DNA of 42,768 bases, taken from positions 1-42,768 of the forward strand of contig JAUCBJ010004618.1 in the NCBI GenBank assembly GCA_032718475.1, given 5' to 3'. The notes beneath the pieces are model-generated. The model searched no databases and had not been told where the DNA came from. It worked only from the letters and a program-made list of their open reading frames with translations. The position numbers and the translations under genes were made by a program. The stretch is from Nemertoderma westbladi. Taxonomy: Eukaryota; Animalia; Xenacoelomorpha. Shown piece after piece: positions 1 to 11,329 of this stretch; within the stretch, counting starts at the first letter, position 1; the number at the start of each line of letters is the position of its first letter.

Positions 1-1021
1 CTGACTCCACGTTACTAGGCAACAAGTATATAATCAATATTAGCGATTTTGTTGGGGTATAAATGAGTTTCTAGTAGAAGAATATTAAATTAGTTTAATC
101 GGAACCAAATAATGTAATAATGTAATAATAAAGATAGTTGTAGACATTTAAGTAGATCCATGCAAAATATAATATTTTAGCAAATAATATTAAATGATTA
201 ATTAATTAATATAAATTAGATTTGATTTAAATTAAATTATCAAAATGGCATCAAAGAACTGAACGTATATCAATAATAAAACCGATAGTTTTAGTGCAGC
301 CAGTTATAGTGGCTTCTGGTATATAACGGAAGACGATAACATTATAATATATTGTTATGTTAATTCAATTGTTTCACGATATTGCTGAACATGTTGAGCA
401 GTTTGGAAGACATTGAACACATTGATTGCAACTACAATAATAAATGGATGACGACAACGGAAACAAATAAACATGGATAACACATGTAAAGCAAATAACA
501 AACAATGACAGACTTAAACTCAAGTCGAACAATATTAAACAGCTCATTGGAACTCACTGGGGTTATTTAGGCAAAGGCGAAGCAATAATATTCACAATGG
601 GACACAGTAATTGTAACAAAAGGTAATTCGTTAAGTAGCGAAAGTAAATGTACAGTTAGGCACAATAATATCGCCTAATAATAGAAAATAATCAATAATT
701 GGGTGGGATAGTTTATTTAAAATCTAGGAAGGTTAAATTCTTAAAATAATGAAACGATTCTACAGTGGGATTTAGTTGATATGAAACTGTAAATCTTTTG
801 GTTGGCGAGTTTCGGCTTCATAATTCATGGCCGCTAGTTATGGAACGAGAATTATTTCGCTTCTAGTTAATGGAACGATGATAAATAATCGTCTAACTAG
901 TGGGGATGGAAGTTAGGGTAAACCTCGTCAACAACTTAGTCGATGGATTCAAGAGTATAAATATAAACTCGGGTCGCTAAACTACGGGAAGAGGGTAGGC
1001 TCAGGTGTAGGGCACAAGGTT

Positions 1022-2704
1022 TCATTGTTTCCCAACAAACATTGGGTTCTTGAAGCTGCTGGTGGCCTGTCTGTAGATCGGGTTCTCCCCTGTGTCCCAC
1101 TTCGCCGTCTGTCTTTCCTTCTCAAACTTAGCGAATTCCCGACGATCCTGTATCGTAGTGACTATCTTCCAGGCAACGAGCAGAGCGATTCCAATCCCAA
1201 CGATACCCAACAATATCCCGAGGACCACCCAGAGAATCGGAACGATATAGGGACACACGCGTTTCTCTACGACGGTTATGTTGTACAAACCCGAGGTAAA
1301 GTTCTTAGTTACAAGGAAACTAATCCGACATCTGTCTCTATCGATAAGGACGCATCGCTCGCCCGGTAGGGAGTCGTTCAACCGGTCGACTCGAGTCACT
1401 TCGGGACAGACCCGATCGCACTCGGCCCGGCCGTAACGCGCCCCGTCCGGGGTGAGTCGGCACTCGACGCAGGGCTCGTTAACCTTGCAGTCCTTGGGCA
1501 CGCAGGTGGGGCACTCCTCGCAGGTGTCCCCGTAGAAGGCCAACCACGTGAAGCACTTACACCGCCCGCAGTCGCAGACCCCCTGCCCGTTGCACACGGA
1601 CCCGTCGGTGGCCAAACAACTCGCGTTCGAGCTGCGGCACTCGCAGGCCGCCCCGGTGTAGCCCGACTCGCACTCGCAGTAATGGGCGACCAGCGATCCG
1701 CTCGAGTTGCACCGGCACTCACCGTTACCACCGCAAACAGCCCCGCGGTGCCGCCGACACGCCAAGTTATCGCACTCGCAGAACTCCGAGTAGAACCGAT
1801 CGGTATAACACCGACACTCGCTGCACAGACACTCCCCCCTCTGGCTGCAGACCCCGCCGCCCCCGCCCAATAGGAGCGTCGCATTCCCGCTGCCAGGCCG
1901 ACGACACTGGCCGGGGTCGTTCATCTCGGGGTCCGAGGTGTCGCAGGTGCAGTTGGGCCCCGCGTGCGGCGGGTCGCAGTCGCAACCGCCGCAACTCAAC
2001 GCGCCCTTCCCGCTGCACAGCGACTCGCTACGCTCCCGCACACCGTCGCAATCGCAATCACCCAGGAAACCGACGTTCATCTGGAACACTTCATCCACGC
2101 CTATAGGCTGCACAGTATACGTTCTAGAACCATTAGTAAAGGCGCCCGCGTGCATTGTGATATCGAAGATCGCTTTCTCTCCGATTTTAACGTTATCGCA
2201 GTAATCCTGCGGGAGCATCGAGTCTACGTTGTTACCGGGGGGACACGCGGCCACTATAGAAACCGATATACTATCGTCGTGTTTATCGTCTATAACCAGT
2301 TGAACTCGACTCGATATCTTCTTGTAATTATCCTTGACTAAGTCGATGATGTTGTCCCCGGAGCTGCTGACGACGCCGGCAGTGGAGCCCCGGATGAACC
2401 TCGCGAAGTCCGCGTACAACGGGAACTTCTCCGCGACCACGGCGAATATCGTCTGTATCCCTCGGGCCTGGAGGCGGTCGTTGATCTGCTCCAACGAGGG
2501 GTAGTCGTACCGCTCGGCGGCGGGGTGGTAGGTGTGCTGCCGCCCCGAGGTCCCCGGGATCGGCTCCAGATGGCACCGCGCGTCGTTCGGTTCCACTATG
2601 CCGGCTAACTTCCCGTCGCCCGCCCAGTGGATCGAGGCGTCCGTCGAGAACACCAGCAGATGGCGCGCCCCCTCGCGCCACCCCGTGGAATTACAAACGG
2701 CCAC
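1022..2704 (-). CDS. ITGB: Integrin beta subunit, coding exon 3 (rest of beta-I, hybrid, I-EGF repeats, tail domain, TM, cytoplasmic tail)
   Basis: VAVC..GWR..LLVFSTDA..H.AGDGKLAGIV.PND..CHL, YDYPS, Cys-rich EGF repeats, TM, cytoplasmic QDRREFAKFEKE..WDTGENPIY..FKNPMF. AG acceptor directly before 2704. Joined protein is 822 aa. Confidence 0.95.
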   Translation of the reverse strand: MAVCNSTGWREGARHLLVFSTDASIHWAGDGKLAGIVEPNDARCHLEPIPGTSGRQHTYHPAAERYDYPSLEQINDRLQARGIQTIFAVVAEKFPLYADFARFIRGSTAGVVSSSGDNIIDLVKDNYKKISSRVQLVIDDKHDDSISVSIVAACPPGNNVDSMLPQDYCDNVKIGEKAIFDITMHAGAFTNGSRTYTVQPIGVDEVFQMNVGFLGDCDCDGVRERSESLCSGKGALSCGGCDCDPPHAGPNCTCDTSDPEMNDPGQCRRPGSGNATLLLGGGGGVCSQRGECLCSECRCYTDRFYSEFCECDNLACRRHRGAVCGGNGECRCNSSGSLVAHYCECESGYTGAACECRSSNASCLATDGSVCNGQGVCDCGRCKCFTWLAFYGDTCEECPTCVPKDCKVNEPCVECRLTPDGARYGRAECDRVCPEVTRVDRLNDSLPGERCVLIDRDRCRISFLVTKNFTSGLYNITVVEKRVCPYIVPILWVVLGILLGIVGIGIALLVAWKIVTTIQDRREFAKFEKERQTAKWDTGENPIYRQATSSFKNPMFVGKQ

Positions 2705-2910
2705 CTAGACGGGGGAGAAAGAAATACACGGTAAAGCGATGAGGGCGACAATGGGGTCGGTCGATAAAGGGAACTCAATCAATGTAGAAAAAATTAGTTT
2801 TTCTCAAATATTTGTAATATTAGAAGTAGAAATTATTATGTTAATAATTTTTGTTTTTATTAAAAATTATGTTAATTAAGAAACAAATAATTATTACTAT
2901 GGTAACGAAC

Positions 2911-2991
2911 CTGCATCATAGCGTCGAGACCCCCTTCTGGTGAATCGAGATTACCTGAGATTTCAGCTCTGTAAACCGCAGCTAGAAAGTC
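2911..2991 (-). CDS. ITGB: Integrin beta subunit, coding exon 2 (beta-I domain, ISGNLDSPEGGLDAMMQ)
   Basis: Manual translation DFLAAVYRAEISGNLDSPEGGLDAMMQ; ttcctttag acceptor and GT donor; 81 nt, phase 0/0; not in the ORF track. Confidence 0.93.
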
Positions 2992-3485
2992 CTAAAGGAA
3001 ATACAAATAATATTAATGATTAGTGGATATAATACTGGAATATACGCGAAATGCTGGAATATAGTGTCGTAATTCAGTGACAGCCCCCCCCCCCCCTAAT
3101 TTTTCTACAAATCGTAATGAGATTGCATGAAATTTGAAACAGAGATAGTTTCACCTCCCGACCACTGACTGGGTGAGCCAGAATTTTTATTTTTGCTTTC
3201 AATCTTTAGCTACAAGCGTTTAAAAAAAGTGTTTCCAGCGATATTACACCAGTTACACCGCAGTTATTCTTCAACCTTATAGCTGTTTGTTGGTACCAAT
3301 GGAAAATGGAAAGCTGGCCCTGCAAGGATTCCAAATATGTAACGACAATTTGAATTTCGTTGAAAAATAGCGGAGTATGGGCGTTCAAATGTTGCATTGT
3401 TTTGCACCGGTGCGAGGCTATTTTATTCTATTAATAAATAAACCATATTCTGGAACATTTTGTCTATGCACGAATAGCTACTTAA

Positions 3486-4167
3486 GGGGGGGGGGGGGGG
3501 GGGGGGGGGGGTACACCATTTTCGAACACCTCTTCAATTTATCACTCTCGGCGTTTCAAAATTGTTTGGTTTAAAATTTTGCATATAGGTGCCTAAGATG
3601 CTATTCTACATGACAGGTCAGACAATTTTTTTTTTCGCTATTTAATATTAGTTAATACTAATTAACAATAAAAGAAACTTGGTTGCGCTTAAAACACTAA
3701 GGCTTTTACAGTTTTGAATCTAATCACATGAAAGTTTTTTTATATGATAGATTAAAGATGGGGCAACATAACTATTAGACGAAATTGTGTGATAATAATT
3801 CCGCACCGCTAGGTGGCGCTGCAAATTTTTGCTAATTTTTTACGTTTTTTATAAACATTATTCAATTTTCTTAACAAAAAATTTCAAAAAGTTGTCTGAC
3901 ACTTTTATGTAGAGTGGCTATGTAGACACCCACAGAAATGTTCAGACGAATTGCTCAAAAATTGTACTGTAGAAGTAGGCCTAGTAGGGTTTTGAAGTTG
4001 ACAATTTCATTAAAAAAAAATTTGGAGATAATCGACCTTTCATAGAGCTAGAGGTCAATTCATAGAGGTATTAAATAGCGGTTTTCCCATTTGGAAACAT
4101 TTCCCATTCAAACATGCAGGATAATCGACCATAAAATAATTTCGTAATATTTTGGACGAAAATGGTG

Positions 4168-4199
<32 letters not shown>
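3486..4199. mobile_element. Non-autonomous DNA transposon (MITE) with G-tract termini and TTAA target duplication, Kolobok-like
   Basis: TTAA (3482-3485) + G(n)TACACCATTTTCG ... CGAAAATGGTGTTAA-C(n) + TTAA (4200-4203). RR..YY termini with TTAA fit Kolobok better than piggyBac. Lies in integrin intron 1. Confidence 0.75.
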
Positions 4200-4375
4200 T
4201 TAATATTTCCAGGTACCGGTAAATATAATTTAGCCAAGGAATAAATAAAAAAATATAAAGGGAACATGTCCGGTACAGTTAAACCTGTAATAAAAACAAT
4301 AACAAAAATGTCAGTCTGACAGGTTGCCGCTTACCGGTACGTAAATGAATTTAATCTTAAATAACTTAGACTTAC

Positions 4376-5080
4376 ATCTTTAGATGGCGTTAGAGACAAG
4401 AGATTCTTGTATGAGAATGGATCGGCGCAACTGAAGTTGGCTGTGTGATGCGAGACGCAGGCGTCCATAAGCGCGGACCTATTTCGGGTCACGAAAGGTA
4501 CAACCGTTTTATCCTGAAATATACCGAAACCGATGCGAAAATTAGATGTTAAAAGTTTCATTTCATCGAATAAATGTTTAGCTAAACGCTGGAGGTTTCC
4601 CAGGTCGTCGTCCATCGAGTTGGAGACGTCCATGAGGAAGTACAAGTCCACCGGGTAGTTCTTAGCTAAACGGACCACCACGCGCACAGTCTCGGTGTCA
4701 TAGGAACGGATAGACAAGGAGACCTCCTGCGGTTTAACCTGAACCGCCTCCCCCGAGTCGCCTCCGGCGTCGGTTAGTTCGCGGTCCCGGTCCACCCGGA
4801 GAGTTGTCTTCGGGTTGTGGAGGTCCGTTCCGTGGCAGCCCCTGGCGATGTGTCGGTGAACTGCGTCGCAGCGAGTGGTGTAGTTAGCGGCAGCGCACCA
4901 AGCGCAGTCGGGGTTGGTCCGCAGACAGGAGGGGCAGGAGTGGGCGGAAGAGCAGGGAGAGGGTTGGGATGCGTCGGTAGCAGCCGGTGGTTTCGTCACC
5001 TCCGGAGGTTGCGGTTGCGCCACGGACAATCGGTTGCCGAGGGCAACTGACATAACCAATATTATAACAATTGGACACAT
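4376..5080 (-). CDS. ITGB: Integrin beta subunit, coding exon 1 (signal peptide, PSI domain, start of beta-I domain)
   Basis: Hydrophobic N-terminus, PSI cysteines (CSSAHSCPSCL..CAWC), QVKPQ, YPVDLYFLMDVSNSMDDD (MIDAS DxSxS), FRIGFG. GTAAG donor directly after 4376; 705 nt, phase 0. Paralog number cannot be assigned. Confidence 0.93.
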
Positions 5081-6042
5081 TTCTAGCGTATGCTGTTATC
5101 TATGTCAGTATGTGCGGTGGCCTAATAGTCTTGCGCCTAACAGCCTAATAGTCTTGGCCTTTCAGCTGTTCAGCCTTTATGCTTTAAGTTAAGCTGTTAA
5201 GTATGAAGTAGGCTAGGTACCGGTATAGCGGAAACCCTACTGCTGTACTAACTGCAGACTGGCAGAAAGTAAGAGCACACTCCTGCAGCATGTACGTACG
5301 TCGTACAGCCAGCGCCAGGCAGCCAGGCTGGAATTGCGCACAATGTACGGTGCATCAGTATCATAGTACCGAGACCGACATTCATGTAGGCTTACCTCCT
5401 TGTCTGGGATAGAACCTGCTTTCAGGCTTTAGTAGCCATTCAACATTGTTCTACGATAATAATAATAATTACTGAATCATGAATAGTACTGTTGTAGTAG
5501 GCCTAGGCTACATTTTCATTGGATTCTTATGCTGTTAAGGCTGTAGGCCTAAGGATATCATATCATCATCACAGGAAGTTTAGATTCCTACAAAAGGTAG
5601 AATTTATAGTCTAGAATATTTAATCAATCAATCAATGCCGTACGGTATGAAAGGATTTGAATAAAGACAATAATGGAATTCTGATATAGGCCTAGTAAAT
5701 ATACTGTGTAGTAAATGAACACACGAGCACACGATCAAACGATGTGGAGTGTGGAGTTAGGCCGTTGCGCAGCACGAGAGGGTATTTAAGATTTTTTGCA
5801 TAGCTATTAATCCATTTTTATTAATCTATATAGCAACTAAACTACTGTAGGTCTATAGTAGGCCTATGTATTGTACTACATCTAGCACATGATACAGTAT
5901 GTCAATCCATTGTTAGATTCGAGAACATATATTTTTGCACAGTTATACATTGACATACTGTAAGTATAAGATTATAGGATACTGTTATTACTGTAGTTTA
6001 AACTTAATAAAATTATTATATAATTTAGTTTGGTATATTAAA

Positions 6043-6271
6043 TTAAAAAAAATAGCAAGTGGTAAAACTCCTTCGATCGTAAGGCCCAATATCGTCTATA
6101 TTACGTAGGCCGTTTCTAAATAACTCCTTATTCCAAGCAGAATAATGTGCTGAATTTCTTTTCGTCCATTTCGTGTAATACTTGTTTAACTTGTAACCCA
6201 TGACGCCAGCCAAACATCCACAGGCAATCGTGCAGAATAGAGGAGGCACCGTCACTTTCACCAAGCTCAAA
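6043..6271 (-). CDS. Divergent PAQR protein, terminal coding exon 7
   Basis: ttttctcag acceptor; LSLVKVTVPPLFCTIACGCLAGVMGYKL (extra C-terminal TM typical of mPR-class PAQRs) to TAA. All seven exons sum to 1248 nt (415 aa + stop) with consistent phases. Confidence 0.65.
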
Positions 6272-6344
6272 CTGAGAAAAATATACAGACATTTTAGATA
6301 TTAGAAAACAATAACTGTTGCGGGCTAGCGACTAAGTATAAGCT

Positions 6345-6555
6345 TAGCATTATACCGCTGTTTCAACCGTTGTCTGTCAGCGCTCGGTCTGTCTGTCTGT
6401 AGGTCTGTCTGTCGGTAAATGTTTGTTAGCTCATAAATATTTGATGAAATTAAACCAAACTTGGTACACATGTAGGCCTACAGTAGTCTGTCGAAAGTCT
6501 GTAATATAATTTGCAAGGCGATCTCACCAGTTCTCACGCTAGAGGGCGCCTAGGC
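6345..6555 (+). mobile_element. Short interspersed non-autonomous element fragment, DINE-1/Helentron-like
   Basis: (GTCT)n microsatellite followed by ACCAAACTTGGTACACATGTAG and a CGCTAGAGGGCGCC motif; a related inverted copy lies at ~23345-23550. Confidence 0.5.
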
Positions 6556-7144
6556 AACTGTACTTTATACTTATACTTTGTATTATCGATTCAAATAATC
6601 TAATATATGCCTACTGTGCAGAATACTCGCAGTAATGCTCACCCGACTCAAGTAGAAATATTCACGCAATCAAACAACGTAAGTTAGCTGCATACAGTAT
6701 TTACTTCTCCCTTCCAACTTCAAAACATGCGACCACAGTGTAATTATCTACTACATACAGTATACTGTACATGAACTGTCCTGTAGGCATTTTACCAATT
6801 CGGGTGTCGTTTCTGCCTATTTAACATATTAACTTAATTTCGCGAATATTTAATTTTGATTCACCATTTATGGTAACTTTAAAGGAAAGTACTGTAACAT
6901 GTCATAATTGCAGGCCTTTGTAACCAAAACATAAACTAAATTTAGGAACACAGTTTACAGTAAAATGTTTACTTCTAGGTACAAATTTTTCAATATTAGG
7001 CCTACTTTAACAGCAGGCCTAACCCCATGGGATGGCTGAAACGAAACCCCAATTGGAAATTGGCGTACTGGTACTTGTCGATGACCCAACGCATGCCTTC
7101 ATAGCGGTATAATTATAATGTTGTAGGCCCTACTTCTTACTAAC

Positions 7145-7285
7145 TTTAAATACGGCTGCCTTTCATCTATCTTTGACATCATATCGATATAATGGCCGTG
7201 TAGTCTAGATACAATCCCTCCAACTCTACACAGATTGGATAATAACACACTGTTTGCGTAGGTTGCTGTGGAACTATCGGAAATG
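7145..7285 (-). CDS. Divergent PAQR protein, coding exon 6
   Basis: tttttgtcatgcag acceptor, AA|GTTAGT donor, 141 nt phase 2/2; ISDSSTATYANSVLLSNLCRVGGIVSRLHGHYIDMMSKIDERQPYL. Confidence 0.65.
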
Positions 7286-8061
7286 CTGCATGACAAAAAA
7301 TACAGTACAATATTAGCGGTCGGTAAACTCCATATGGTCCCTGCTCTGCTCAGTATACTGTAGGCCTACTGTACAGGTACACACACCGGATATACTGTAC
7401 GATGGAAGTCTATAAGCAGCTTATAAAGTAAATCGGATGAAATCCCAAACTTTATATCTCACCGGATATAATAAAGAACAATCTTATACGTCTGACAATA
7501 AAAGCATAATTTTGAAGAAATAATATTTTTATCGGAAATATTATCTTTTTCTCGCTAATATTTTAAAAAATGACTAAATTAATCTAACATATTTTCACTG
7601 ATGTTCCAGAAGATTTGTTTTTGAGAATGAATAAAAAACGAGGGAGAAAAAGGTGGTATTTTCAGCTTACTTTCTTTTTATCCAATATTAGCTATTTATA
7701 CAGTATACAGTACAGTATGTACAGTAAGTTTCGGTCGGAAAAATTTTATTTAATTTATATGCAAAATGCAATGTTATGACTTTACGCTAGGCCTATAGCG
7801 TAACCGCAATGTATATGTAGTGTACTGTAGGCCTACAGTATTAGCTACTATAAATATGTTGGAGAGCGTGGTGGTGTATGGTGGCGTGACCCTGAGTGAC
7901 CAGTTTTGTAATCTTTTTGTTTCCCCGACATTTTGCAAACAACTTTACAAAACTCAGAATTACGCTTAAATAAGAAATCCCCCTTCACACTACTGTATAC
8001 TGTAATAGGCCTGCCTGCTTTCAGTATTTTTATACACTGTACAGTACTTAGTCAATCTCAC

Positions 8062-8265
8062 CTTTCTGGCATGGCTGTAACATAAACTAATCCGTATACC
8101 AGATATAGAACTAATTGAGATACATCATAACGTATGTGCTGCTGGTGGATTAAATCATCTTTAAACTGGTCATTCACGTAACGCATTACCGTGTCGCAGA
8201 CAGCAACTGCGTGCAGAATGTAAGGGGGACACTCTGCTATATAATTGCACAATCTTCCTCGCAAA
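8062..8265 (-). CDS. Divergent PAQR protein, coding exon 5
   Basis: LRGRLCNYIAECPPYILHAVAVC...SQLVLYLVYGLVYVTAMPE resembles mPR TM5-TM6 ending in the PE of motif C; AG acceptor and GTGAG donor, phases 2/2. Confidence 0.75.
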
Positions 8266-8729
8266 CTAGAGATATTATAAAACGGAAGAGATTTCTCATA
8301 CAGTTAACAGCATGACCCACTACAGTATTATAATTATATTAGGTCATGGGAACAGGCAGACTGGCTACTGCGAAGCACAAGAACCCATGTAATATCCCAG
8401 CAATACTACAAGGTCGATCCCAGACTTCCAATCTTGAGGTCACCAGTACTATGGATACTGCACAATGAAACGCACCTTTAAACTAGGTTGCGGTGTTCAG
8501 TACTTGTGCACTTCTTTAGAGATAATCCTTGGTATCAATTTCATGCAGGTTTTCATTCAAGTACCGTATAGGCCCAGTATAGTATGCTCAGTATCGCTAC
8601 CAAGCACTACTCCATACAATAAACATGGGATAAACTGAATGAGTGGGCCAATGTGAGGTATTTCAGCTGTTCAGAAATTATTTAATTACTAATATTTTAT
8701 ATAATTACTATATATTTAATTACTTTACA

Positions 8730-8895
8730 GTATATTTCACTTTGCAGTTTACACCCATGCCATGTGAAGAATAGCAGGTTTTCACTAAAAATCCAGATTA
8801 GAGAAGAGCTGAATCTAACCAAAACAATAAACGAATTGGTACATATTTGAAGAGGTTATTACAGTAGATATAAATATGCGTTAGAACACTTAATA
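8730..8895 (+). repeat. Dispersed repeat, copy 1 (related to 29920-30074)
   Basis: Shares TTTCACTTxGCAGTTTAC..CATGTxAAGAAT..CAGGTTxTCACTAAAA..GAATCTAACCAAAACAATAAACGAATT with the RPS12 intron copy. Confidence 0.7.
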
Positions 8896-9019
8896 AAGAT
8901 AATTTTAAGAACATACAAATTCTTTGTATATAAAATAAAGCTTTCGACGAAATAGTGAAATTTGGTGAATGCCTTTAATATTTATACTGTAATTTACTGT
9001 ACAGTATATTATTTCTTAC

Positions 9020-9183
9020 CTTCTCTCTTTTAATCCTCTCGTCGTCGCATAGAACCTGTATGATATTGAGAGCAAACCACCAGCCGTGCAGAATAACGTC
9101 CCAACGAGAATATATCCACTAATCGCATTATTGGGTGCGATGAAAAGTTGTAGTGTTTTGGGAACTGGCAACATAGTAGCGTT
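9020..9183 (-). CDS. Divergent PAQR protein, coding exon 4
   Basis: ttctag acceptor, AG|GTAAG donor; NATMLPVPKTLQLFIAPNNAISGYILVGTLFCTAGGLLSISYRFYATTRGLKER; phases 0/2 are compatible with the neighbouring exons. Confidence 0.7.
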
Positions 9184-9479
9184 CTAGAACAGATTAATTT
9201 AATACTCTATTTGTACTATTAATACCCCGTTTGTATCAATTCCTATAAACTTACAGGTACAGTTTATCAAGGGTTTTATGTAGGCCCTACTAATAATGAA
9301 TCTTATTCGACTTTACTTTAAGTGGAAGAACGTATAGGGTAGGCCTGCGCTACTCGGAGGCGGGTGAGGGCCAGAGCAAGAGGTGATCTTCCTGTCAGCT
9401 AAATTACTCACACTAACAGTTGGTCTCTGTAATGTACAGTAGTTTGATTCTAAACTGATTTGTGCGATGCATTAACAAC

Positions 9480-9742
9480 ATAACCAAATCGGGCACTTTA
9501 ATTACTGTAAGTACTGCATGTATGCAACGTTTAGAGTTACAGGCACAACGTGGCCTGATAATATAAAGGTAGGTGTAAATTACACCAAAATTTACGGAGA
9601 AGTTACTGTACAAGACATAGCGGCTGCTGATAAAGGGAAGAGGGAAGGCGAAAAAATTATCATATAGAAATACAGAATTAAACAAAGCAACTTGATAAAG
9701 AGTCGCTTCCCCTATTATTTTCTTCAATAATATATCGTATAA
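9480..9742 (-). pseudogene. SLC35F3/F4-like transporter pseudogene, 3' part (split by the LTR element)
   Basis: LYDILLKKIIGEATLYQVALFNSV...VNFGVIYTY resembles SLC35F3/4 'ALYKVLFK..G.A.FGEAA.F' and 'NFGIA.TYP'; begins exactly at the TSD. The 3' boundary is approximate. Confidence 0.65.
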
Positions 9743-10977
9743 TGTAAAAGCTTCTGTGGGATATAACTGGCCCCTTTTGCTTCGCAATCCAGTTTCCCCC
9801 CAGGCGCTGGAATACTCTAAAAGGTTCTCTAACTGTATATATATTCCCCTCGCCCGCAAGGTACCATTACAGGTATTTTAACGGACATAAAAGTCATTCT
9901 TCTATATACGTGCTTTGGCGGACATGGTAAGGCAAAAAACCCGCAATGCACCAAATACCTTTACACGGCTTGGCCTTGATGATTCAGATTGCGACATCTA
10001 GCAGCTGGTTGCTGGCATGGAAACAGCCATTGGACGCATGGTTCTTTGTTTGGCTTGAGCCAATCAGAGCGATTTCTTCTGTCGACGTGTAGATATTCGG
10101 CCGATGATACTAGGAGTGTTCAGTCTTACTGTTTTTCTTGATATAGTTTTGTTGTTGCTATCTAGGCCAGGAACACCGGCTCTAGAGTCAATTCGTTTCA
10201 GACTTTAGAAGAAACATTAGTAGGCTTAAGATTATAGAGCGTATAACTGTTATCGGTCCAGTCAAACAGTGTTACTATCTTAACCTACCGTCTTAATGCT
10301 ATTTACTGTTGTGTTTTGGTTGAATATTATTATTTGGAGAACATTTATAAAGAACCCAAATTTCCCAATTTTCTTGATACACTACAGGTTAGAGAGAAGG
10401 GTTATATATAGCGATTGCGACTTATATTATTGTGGTTTGTAGTGAATTTAGTGCTATTTGATAAGCACTACATGAGTCAATTGCTGTTCGCTTTATATAT
10501 GATAAAATTCATTGACGGTCGGCAAATTAGTGAGCAGTATTGTGTGTTACCGGTAGTGTGCATGATTGTGACTGATAACTAAGCATTTCCTAAAGAATGC
10601 GCCTCATAAGTGAATCATAAGCCTTACCGACTTACCGTTGTGATTAGTATAAGTCATATCTCTGTTTACCTAGATAGAGCGCCACGTCCTAAAGGAACTG
10701 TTAATATTTCCCGAAAGTGAATAATATTAGTCAGAAATTATTTATTAACGATCAATCGAATAATACAGTAAGCTTACACTGCAATAATAATCTAAGCCCT
10801 CAGAATCCAGTCTCCCGGGTATATCCAGCGGGTGAATGGACGCGCACTAGGCTGGCTTCTGCTAATGTTGTGTTTATTGGTATTAAATATTTGTCAACTT
10901 CTAAAGTCTATTTATAAACCAAAAGACATATAAATTTTGGCAGGTTAAACTGCTAAAGGTCTTCAAAAGCGCGTACA
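9743..10977 (+). repeat. 5' LTR (1235 bp)
   Basis: TGTAAAAG...GCGTACA; differs from the 3' LTR by about 4 substitutions and 1 indel by eye. Contains CCAAT (~10059), Inr-like TCAGTC (10120-10125) and TATATATA (10403-10410). Confidence 0.95.
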
Positions 10978-11029
10978 ATAACAGTTATTGACTTTATTGC
11001 AGTAAGCAATAAAGTTGAAAGTACCGGTC

Positions 11030-11172
11030 GACCGGTAAACCTGAACCGGTACTTCTGTAGCTCAGTAGGCCCAACTGCCAGAACCGGTACTGCCGTAGGT
11101 CCGTAGGTCCAACTGCCAGAACCGGTACTTCTGTAGGTCCGTAGGCCCAACTGTCCTAACCGGTACTTCCAG
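11030..11172 (+). repeat. Short tandem repeat (~38 bp, about 3.5 copies) in the element leader
   Basis: Recurring ACCGGTACT(T/G)C(T/C)GTAG..CGTAGG(C/T)CCAACTGCCAGA. Confidence 0.8.
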
Positions 11173-11329
11173 TATAAGTACATTAGTATTATTCGATTTT
11201 GATTATTGTATACCGGTAGGTCTCGATATTAAATCGGGGACGCCTGGTTTTTATTGGGATTTTACTTAGGTCTATTTCTGTCAGTTTTATTTCCTAGTAA
11301 GTTAATATTGAGCTGAAGACGTGTAAGTC

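Noticed and set aside
1025-2681. Multiple overlapping antisense and alternative-frame ORFs over the integrin exon
   Set aside because: Expected shadows of GC-rich coding sequence.
8340-8670. Hydrophobic reading-frame fragments in PAQR intron 4 (e.g. LIQFIPCLLYGVVLGS)
   Set aside because: The phase is incompatible with the flanking exons and exons 4-5 join cleanly without it; no family was recognised.
10717-10917. Identical 66-aa ORFs at 10717 and 22056, and shared-start ORFs at 9859 and 21198
   Set aside because: By-products of the duplicated LTR with no recognisable domain; the 9413-9859 ORF is an LTR/pseudogene chimera.
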